Positions 57,610 through 64,000 of a DNA stretch of 64,000 bases are shown piece after piece (the first letter of the stretch is position 1; each line of letters opens with the position of its first letter). The stretch lies in the NCBI GenBank assembly GCA_964505415.1, contig CAZDHW010000003.1, positions 7,438 through 71,437 of the forward strand, in the 5' to 3' direction. The notes beneath the pieces are model-generated. The model was not told where the DNA came from. It did no database searches and worked only from the letters and a program-made list of their open reading frames with translations. Position numbers and translations under genes: made by a program. Source of the stretch: an uncultured bacterium (GTDB lineage Bacteria; Hydrothermota; Tepidihabitantia; Tepidihabitantales; DTDR01).

Positions 57610-58038
57610 ATGCATATTAGTAAAGTAAAAACAATTAGTGAAATTGGTGATAAAATTTGGTTAGATATGGTTATTAAATTAGAGTATTCACCAGCGGAAC
57701 AATTGATTATCCAGGAAGCCTTGAAGAATTTACCGGAGAAGATTGCGAAAAACGGCTCTTTAGAAATAATAACTAATGAAAATCAAGCCCAATTGAAATT
57801 TTCGGTTGATACCCAAGAAATTTCCGAAAAAGAGATTACTGAGATAATTAATCGGTGGCTAAACGAAATTAATTTTACTTTAGAGGAAAATAAACATCTT
57901 TTGCCATTAATGGACGAAATTTTAAAATTGAAAAAAGAGATTAAGGAACTTAATTATCGAGTGAAAGCTTTAGAAAATGAAAATACTTTAATAAAGGAGG
58001 CATTAATAAAGAAAAAGATTATAAAAGAGGAATTTTAA
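57610..58038 (+). CDS. Hypothetical protein with C-terminal coiled coil
   Basis: Promoter TTGACA-17-TAAATT, 5' hairpin TCCCAG/CTGGGA, strong SD. Confidence 0.65.
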   Translation: MHISKVKTISEIGDKIWLDMVIKLEYSPAEQLIIQEALKNLPEKIAKNGSLEIITNENQAQLKFSVDTQEISEKEITEIINRWLNEINFTLEENKHLLPLMDEILKLKKEIKELNYRVKALENENTLIKEALIKKKIIKEEF

Positions 58039-58081
58039 TTCTTATATTTGACTTATCCCAAAAGAAATAATATAATAATTG

Positions 58082-58669
58082 GTGATTAATATTTTTTTAA
58101 ATTTAGGACTTTTTGCCAAAATTATTATCGTTATTCTTCTCTTTTTTTCCATTATTTCCTGGGGAATAATCTTTGCTAAATGGCGGCTTTTTAGGAGGTT
58201 AAAGAAAGAGAACGAACAGTTAAAAAGAAGATTGTATTATTTTCGCAATTTTGAAGAATTGAAAGAATATTATAATTTTAAAGAGAAAAATTACTTTTCA
58301 TCTTTATTCTCAGTTATTAAAGATGAAAAGGATTTATCTTTGAAAGAAGTTGTTGATGATCTGGTGGATAAAACAGGTAAAAATCTACCTTTTTTAGCAA
58401 CCGCCAGCAGCGTTTCTCCCTTTTTAGGTTTATTAGGTACCGTGTGGGGAATTACTAAAGTTTTTTTTGATGTAAAAGATTTACCGATGATTACTCTTCA
58501 GGCGATCGCCCCGGGAATGGCGGATGCTTTAATTACTACGATTGCTGGTCTTTTAGTTGCCATCCCTGCGGTTATTGCCTATAATTATTTTATAATAAAA
58601 TTAGAAGAATTTAGAAAAGATATGGAAAAATTAGTAAATCATTTATTAGTTTTGAAAAACAAAAAATGA
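58082..58669 (+). CDS. TolQ/ExbB proton-channel protein
   Basis: SPFLGLLGTVWGI and IAPGMADALITTIAGLLVAIPA motifs. Confidence 0.9.
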   Translation: MINIFLNLGLFAKIIIVILLFFSIISWGIIFAKWRLFRRLKKENEQLKRRLYYFRNFEELKEYYNFKEKNYFSSLFSVIKDEKDLSLKEVVDDLVDKTGKNLPFLATASSVSPFLGLLGTVWGITKVFFDVKDLPMITLQAIAPGMADALITTIAGLLVAIPAVIAYNYFIIKLEEFRKDMEKLVNHLLVLKNKK

Positions 58670-59076
58670 AAAATGTTTACCAGAGGTTGATTGCTTTTAT
58701 TAATATTACTTCTTTAGCGGACATCTCAATTACGCTAATGGTAATTTTTCTTATTGCGGGAATAACAGCGGCTTTTTCTCGGGCAGGACTTTCGGTAAAA
58801 TTACCCCAGAGTGCTTATTTGCGACCCCAGGTAGAAGAGGGGATTCTAATAACTATTGACGAAAAAGAAAAAATTTTTGTGGAAGAAGAAGAAGTTAGTA
58901 AAAAAGATTTGATTAAAAACATTTATAAATATCTAGAAAAAAAGGGAAGCAATAAAGTCTATTTGCAAGCCGATAAAAATTTACCTTACGGAAAAATAAT
59001 TGAAATTTTAGGTGAGATTAAAAATGCTGGCATTATTGATGTTGGGCTTTTGGCAACTTCAATAAAGAAAAAATAA
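58666..59076 (+). CDS. TolR/ExbD protein
   Basis: INITSLADISITLMVIFLI and LQADKNLPYG motifs. Confidence 0.88.
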   Translation: MKNVYQRLIAFINITSLADISITLMVIFLIAGITAAFSRAGLSVKLPQSAYLRPQVEEGILITIDEKEKIFVEEEEVSKKDLIKNIYKYLEKKGSNKVYLQADKNLPYGKIIEILGEIKNAGIIDVGLLATSIKKK

Positions 59077-59078
59077 AA

Positions 59079-59648
59079 ATGGATATTCCTAAATCAATTC
59101 TTTTCCATCTCTTCTTTTTCTTGTTTTTTAGTTTTTTACCCTTATTTAAAAAAGCAAAAAATATTGAATATCCAGTGGTTTTGGAAGTTAGCATTGCTCC
59201 TAATATTAGGGAAGAAAGGGAAGAAAAAAAGAGCGATGTAGCTATTCAAAAGGAAGGGATAAGAGAAAAAAGAAAGGAAATAAAAAAAGATAGTTTAAAA
59301 GAAAGAAAAAGTACCAAAGAGACCATATTGAAGTCAAAAGGTTTTAGTTTGCAAGCCGAAGGCGGTATTGTCTCTTCTTTTTATTTAAACATTGTGTTAA
59401 ATAAGATTGCAGAAAATTGGTATAACCCTTATCAAAATACTAATTTAAATCTAAAGGCTACTATCTATTTTAAAATTACCCGTGACGGAAAGATTGAAGA
59501 AGTAAAAATTGAAAAAACTTCAGGAAAAGATGATTATGATGAATATTGTAAAAGAGCAGTTTTATTGACTAAAAATCTACCGCCCTTACCCGATGATTTT
59601 CAGGCAGATGCTTTAAAAATCCATTTAGAATTTGAATATCAACCTTAA
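59079..59648 (+). CDS. TolA/TonB C-terminal-domain protein
   Basis: N-term SxxxH TM (SILFHL); C-term KIAENWYNP...ITRDG...TSG...LPPLP. Confidence 0.8.
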   Translation: MDIPKSILFHLFFFLFFSFLPLFKKAKNIEYPVVLEVSIAPNIREEREEKKSDVAIQKEGIREKRKEIKKDSLKERKSTKETILKSKGFSLQAEGGIVSSFYLNIVLNKIAENWYNPYQNTNLNLKATIYFKITRDGKIEEVKIEKTSGKDDYDEYCKRAVLLTKNLPPLPDDFQADALKIHLEFEYQP

Positions 59649-59653
59649 AATTT

Positions 59654-62600
59654 ATGGAATTTGTTCATCTTCATAATCATACTGAATATAGTTTGTTAGA
59701 TGGTGTCAATAAAATACCCCACTTAGTTTTGAAAGCGAAAAAAGAAAACATGAAAGCTTTAGCGATTACTGATCACGGCAATCTTTTTGGTGCTATTGAG
59801 TTTTACAATGAATGTTTAAAGGAGGGAATAAAACCAATTATTGGCATGGAAACTTACATTGCGGTGGGTAAAAGAAATGAACGAAAGCCTCATCCTACTA
59901 TATCGGAATCAAGTTTCCATCTTACTTTATTGGCAATGGATTTAACCGGTTATCACAATCTTTTAAAATTAGCTTCTTATGCCTATTTGGAAGGCTTTTA
60001 TTACCGACCTAGAATTGATAAAGAACTTCTCGATAAATATAATAAAGGTTTAGTTGTTCTTTCTGGATGCCAAAAAGGCGAAATAAATTATTATTTAAAA
60101 ATTGGTGATTTCGAAAGTGCTAAAAAGGCTTTGTTTGAATATTTAGATATCCTTGGTAAAGAAAATTTTTTTTTAGAAATAATGAAAATTGGTTTAGAAA
60201 ATGAAGACAAAATAAATTCGCAAATTATTAAATTGGCAAAAGATAACGGAATAAAATTAGTGGCTACTAATGATTGCCATTATCTATCAAAAGAAGATTA
60301 TTACCTTCATGACATATTATTATGTATCCAGACTAACAAAAAGATTACCGATCCTAAAAGATTAAAGTTCGAATCTAAAGAGCTTTATTTTAAATCTAAG
60401 GAAGAAATGTTTAGTCTTTTTAGAGAAATAAAAGAAGCGCTTAAAAATACTTGGGAAATAGCTGAAAGGGCTACTCTCTATTTGGATACCTCAGGGAAAA
60501 ATTTTCATTTGCCAAAGTTTCAGAAGCCCAAAGAATTTGATTCTAATCATCAATATTTAGTATACTTAGCTAAAGAAGGTTTAAAAAATTTAAAAGAAAA
60601 AAATTGGGAAATTAAAAATAAATGGGAAAATTATCTAACACGTTTAGAATATGAACTTTCTTTAATTGAAAAAATAGGTTTTACTGATTATTTTTTAATT
60701 GTCAAAGATATTATTGATTTCGCTAAAAAAGAAAAAATTCCGGTCGGTCCTGGCCGTGGAAGTGCGGTTGGTAGTTTGGTTTTATACAGTTTAGGAATTA
60801 CCAATATTGATCCTTTAAAATACGGACTAATGTTTGAAAGATTTATTAATCCCGAAAGAGTTACTATGCCTGATATTGATATTGATTTTTCCGATGAAGA
60901 GCGGGATAAGGTAATTGATTATATAAAAAAGAAATACGGTGAAGAAAATGTGGCTCAAATAATTACTTTTGGTCGAATGATGGCTCGAGCAGCAATTCGT
61001 GATATTGGTCGGGTAATGGGTATTCCTTTGGCGGAAGTTGATACTATCGCTAAAACCTTAACAATAAATATTCCTTTAGCCGAAGCTTATGAGAAAATTA
61101 GCGAATTCCGAGAATTAATTGATAGTAAACCGGAATATAAAAAACTTTACGAAAATGCTTTACGTTTAGAAGGAGTAGCGCGTCATGCTTCTATCCATGC
61201 TTCAGGAATTGTTATTGCTCCCGGGAATTTGATGGATTACGTACCTTTATACAAAACCACCGAAAACGATATCTGTACCCAATATGACATGGATTCCTTA
61301 GCCGCTGTTGGTCTTTTAAAAATGGATATTTTGGGTTTAAAAACTTTAAGGGTTATTGAAGAAACATATCGCTTAGCTATCGAAAGTGGTAAAAAAATTC
61401 CCCAAGAAATTCCATTAAATGATAAAAAAACCTATCACTTATTGAGCGAAGGCAAAACATTGGGAGTATTTCAATTAGAAAGTGAAGGGATGAGAGAGAT
61501 TTTAAAAAAGTTAAATCCCACAGTTATTGAAGATTTGATTGCCGTTCTGGCGCTTTATCGTCCTGGCCCCCTTCTCAGTGGTGATGTCGATCGATTTATA
61601 AAAAGAAAAAAAGGAAAAGAAAAAATTACCTATCCCCATCCATTATTAGCCGATATTTTACAAGAAACCTACGGAATGATTTTGTATCAAGAACAGGTAA
61701 TGCAAATTGCAGCTAAAATTGCTGATTTTACCTTGGGAGAAGCCGATATTTTAAGAAGGGCAATGAGTAAGAAAATTCCGGAATTAATGACGGAAATGAA
61801 AGAAAAATTTATTCTTAAAGCAAAGAATAAAGGAATTAAGGAAGAAGAAGCTAGTCAGATATTTGAACTTTTAATTCCCTTTGCTGGTTATGGGTTTAAT
61901 AAGTCTCATGCTGCTGGTTATGCTTATTTAAGTTATTTAACTGCCTATCTGAAAGCCAATTATCCAAAAGAGTTTCTTTGCGCTACCTTAACCAGTGAAA
62001 TGAATGATGCTGAAAAAATTGAGGAGTTGATAAAAGAAGCAAAGTTATTAGGAATTGAAATTTTACCACCCGAAATTAATAAGAGTTATTATCAATTTGT
62101 AATCGAGGCCGAAGGAATTCGTTACGGTTTAGGAGCCTTGAAGGGCATTGGTAAAAGTTTTTCCGATTCTTTAGTAAAAGAACGGCAGCGACGAGAATTT
62201 ACTTCTTTTGAAGATTTTCTTTTTCGAACAAAAGCTTTTGGTAACAAAAAAGCTTATGAAGTATTAATTAAAGCTGGTTGTTTTGATTGTTTTAATAACA
62301 ATCGGGAGTATTTATTAAAAAAATTACTAGAATATCAAAAAGGAACAAAAGAAGGGAGCAGCGGTTTGCAATTTTCTTTATTTGAAGAAGGTCAGGAAAA
62401 TAAAAAGAAAATATTGGAAAAATTTATCCAAAAAGAAAAATCTAACTTTGAATATGAAAAAGAAGTTTTTGGATTTTATTTTTCTGACCATCCTTTAAAA
62501 GAATATCAAGAGCTTTATAAGATAATCGATTTGGAAACTTTTGATCACATAGAAATATTAGATAACCAAAGGGATTACCTTTTTTTGGCCGTTTTAACCG

Positions 62601-63058
62601 AAAGGAAAACTAAATACGACCGCAATGGAAAAAATTACGCAATTTTGGGTTTAGAAGATTTAACCGCTAAAACAGTAGGTTATCTTTTTAATGAGATTTA
62701 CCAAGAAAAGTATAACCAATTGAAGAAAGAGCAAGTATACTTTTTAAAGGCAAGGGTAAGAAATAATAAAGACATTGTGGTAAAAGATATTTTGCCGATC
62801 GATAAATTATGGGAAAAGATAAAAAGGATTAATATTGAATTAAAAGAAAATATTGAATTGAAGAATATTCCAATTTTAAAAGAAATTTTGCAAGAATTTT
62901 TAGGAGAAAGCGAAGTGATTATAACTTATTACGACCCAGAAGAAAAAAAGAAAAAAATGGGCAGATTAACTACCATAAAAGTAAAACCTAATTTAGAATT
63001 ATTAAAAAGATTAAAAAATAACCCAATTATTAAAGAAGTTAAATTTTATTTAGTTTGA
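59654..63058 (+). CDS. dnaE: DNA polymerase III alpha subunit
   Basis: HLHNHTEYSLLDG, GPGRGSA, FERFINPER..PDIDIDF, KMDILGL and YGFNKSHA motifs. Confidence 0.97.
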   Translation: MEFVHLHNHTEYSLLDGVNKIPHLVLKAKKENMKALAITDHGNLFGAIEFYNECLKEGIKPIIGMETYIAVGKRNERKPHPTISESSFHLTLLAMDLTGYHNLLKLASYAYLEGFYYRPRIDKELLDKYNKGLVVLSGCQKGEINYYLKIGDFESAKKALFEYLDILGKENFFLEIMKIGLENEDKINSQIIKLAKDNGIKLVATNDCHYLSKEDYYLHDILLCIQTNKKITDPKRLKFESKELYFKSKEEMFSLFREIKEALKNTWEIAERATLYLDTSGKNFHLPKFQKPKEFDSNHQYLVYLAKEGLKNLKEKNWEIKNKWENYLTRLEYELSLIEKIGFTDYFLIVKDIIDFAKKEKIPVGPGRGSAVGSLVLYSLGITNIDPLKYGLMFERFINPERVTMPDIDIDFSDEERDKVIDYIKKKYGEENVAQIITFGRMMARAAIRDIGRVMGIPLAEVDTIAKTLTINIPLAEAYEKISEFRELIDSKPEYKKLYENALRLEGVARHASIHASGIVIAPGNLMDYVPLYKTTENDICTQYDMDSLAAVGLLKMDILGLKTLRVIEETYRLAIESGKKIPQEIPLNDKKTYHLLSEGKTLGVFQLESEGMREILKKLNPTVIEDLIAVLALYRPGPLLSGDVDRFIKRKKGKEKITYPHPLLADILQETYGMILYQEQVMQIAAKIADFTLGEADILRRAMSKKIPELMTEMKEKFILKAKNKGIKEEEASQIFELLIPFAGYGFNKSHAAGYAYLSYLTAYLKANYPKEFLCATLTSEMNDAEKIEELIKEAKLLGIEILPPEINKSYYQFVIEAEGIRYGLGALKGIGKSFSDSLVKERQRREFTSFEDFLFRTKAFGNKKAYEVLIKAGCFDCFNNNREYLLKKLLEYQKGTKEGSSGLQFSLFEEGQENKKKILEKFIQKEKSNFEYEKEVFGFYFSDHPLKEYQELYKIIDLETFDHIEILDNQRDYLFLAVLTERKTKYDRNGKNYAILGLEDLTAKTVGYLFNEIYQEKYNQLKKEQVYFLKARVRNNKDIVVKDILPIDKLWEKIKRINIELKENIELKNIPILKEILQEFLGESEVIITYYDPEEKKKKMGRLTTIKVKPNLELLKRLKNNPIIKEVKFYLV

Positions 63059-63135
63059 TAAATTCCTCTTGACAAAAAGGTAATTTTTGACTATATTTAT
63101 ATAGTTATTAATGGGGAAAATTATGGATAAAGAAG

Positions 63136-63507
63136 ATGGCCGATGTGTATATAAGACCAAAAAAGACGGTCCATATTGTGGCCGATTTTTATGGAGTAAA
63201 GAGGGATATTATTTCCGAAGTGAAGAAAGTGAAAAAAATTTTGAGAGAAGCAATAGAAAAAGCCAAACTTTCAATTGTCGGAAGTCGGTTTTTTCAGTTT
63301 AATCCTCACGGTGTGACGGGGATATTTTTATTAAAGGAGTCTCATATTAGTATTCACACTTGGCCTGAATATGGATATTGTGCAATAGATATTTTCACTT
63401 GTAAAGATGATAAAAGTGCCTTAGTTGCTTATGATTATCTATTGAAAAAATTAAACCCTAAAAAAGTTAAAAAAAGGATAATGATTAGGGAAATATGGAA
63501 AAAATAA
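63136..63507 (+). CDS. speD: S-adenosylmethionine decarboxylase proenzyme
   Basis: FQFNPHGVT, LKESHISIHTWPE (E-S cleavage) and DIFTC motifs. Confidence 0.9.
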   Translation: MADVYIRPKKTVHIVADFYGVKRDIISEVKKVKKILREAIEKAKLSIVGSRFFQFNPHGVTGIFLLKESHISIHTWPEYGYCAIDIFTCKDDKSALVAYDYLLKKLNPKKVKKRIMIREIWKK

Positions 63508-64000
63508 TTTTTCAAATAATAAATTTAATTGGTGAGAGAGAGAAAATTTTATTTCCAGAAATTTTAGAAAATTTGGCTGATTATTATCCTTTAAAAGAAG
63601 TGGTAAAAGCTCTTAACAAGTTGACTAAAAATAAACTCATTGCTAATGAGGATTCTTATTTGATTTTGACGGAAAAAGGAAAAGATATTTATCTTAAAAA
63701 TAAAACTCTCTTTAAAGCAAAGCTTTGTGAATATTGTTTAGGTAAGCGAATAGCAATTAGTGAAGAATTTAGATCAATATTAGAAAAATTTTCGGTTATT
63801 GTTAAAGAAAGACCAGCACCAATTGTGGAATATATTCAAGGTTATATGAGAGAAGAGGATGTTATTCGACGAGTAATATTTATGCATTATTATAATGATT
63901 TGAAAGATAAAAATATTATTATTATTGGTGACGATGATTTATTAAGTATTGCTTTGGCGTTGACTAAATTACCAAAAAGAATTGTTGTTTTAGATATTGA
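63495..64000 (+). CDS. bpsA: Branched-chain polyamine synthase BpsA (3' truncated; not in ORF track)
   Basis: Hand translation from ATG 63495: ...LTEKG...CEYCLGK...RPAPIVEYIQGY...IIGDDDLLSIALALTKLPKRIVVLDI; open to window end. Confidence 0.85.
   Translation, partial: MEKIIFQIINLIGEREKILFPEILENLADYYPLKEVVKALNKLTKNKLIANEDSYLILTEKGKDIYLKNKTLFKAKLCEYCLGKRIAISEEFRSILEKFSVIVKERPAPIVEYIQGYMREEDVIRRVIFMHYYNDLKDKNIIIIGDDDLLSIALALTKLPKRIVVLDI

Noticed and set aside
1-64000. CRISPR array, IS/transposase, integrase or prophage
   Set aside because: No regularly spaced direct repeats and no recognisable mobility genes; all repeats found are intragenic protein repeats

Overview
AT-rich, densely coding chromosomal segment of a diderm, probably thermophilic and anaerobic bacterium. 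The secreted CARDB/Kelch/C25 proteins with T9SS-like tails and the V-type ATPase suggest candidate phylum WOR-3 (FCB-related; inference). It holds about 52 CDS, including V-ATPase B, hutI, miaA, EndoQ, a cysteine desulfurase, lspA, pal/cpoB, mutL, nadC, ispG, nrdJ, SOD, fhs, valS, tolQRA-like genes, dnaE, speD and a truncated bpsA missing from the ORF track. It also has tRNA-Glu(CTC), tmRNA and a c-di-AMP (ydaO) riboswitch. No CRISPR array, IS element or prophage was seen. Most notable: (1) a c-di-AMP riboswitch directly upstream of a di-myo-inositol-phosphate (IPCT/DIPPS) synthesis gene; (2) a tightly coupled four-gene DUF6754 membrane-complex operon of unknown function; (3) at least 11 sigma70 promoters placed 5-8 nt before start codons, implying widespread leaderless mRNAs; (4) an archaeal-type TackOD1 zinc-finger/PD-(D/E)xK fusion; (5) an unexplained structured RNA leader on tRNA-Glu; (6) gingipain-like proteins lacking the catalytic His. 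All family calls are from motif recognition by eye, not database searches.
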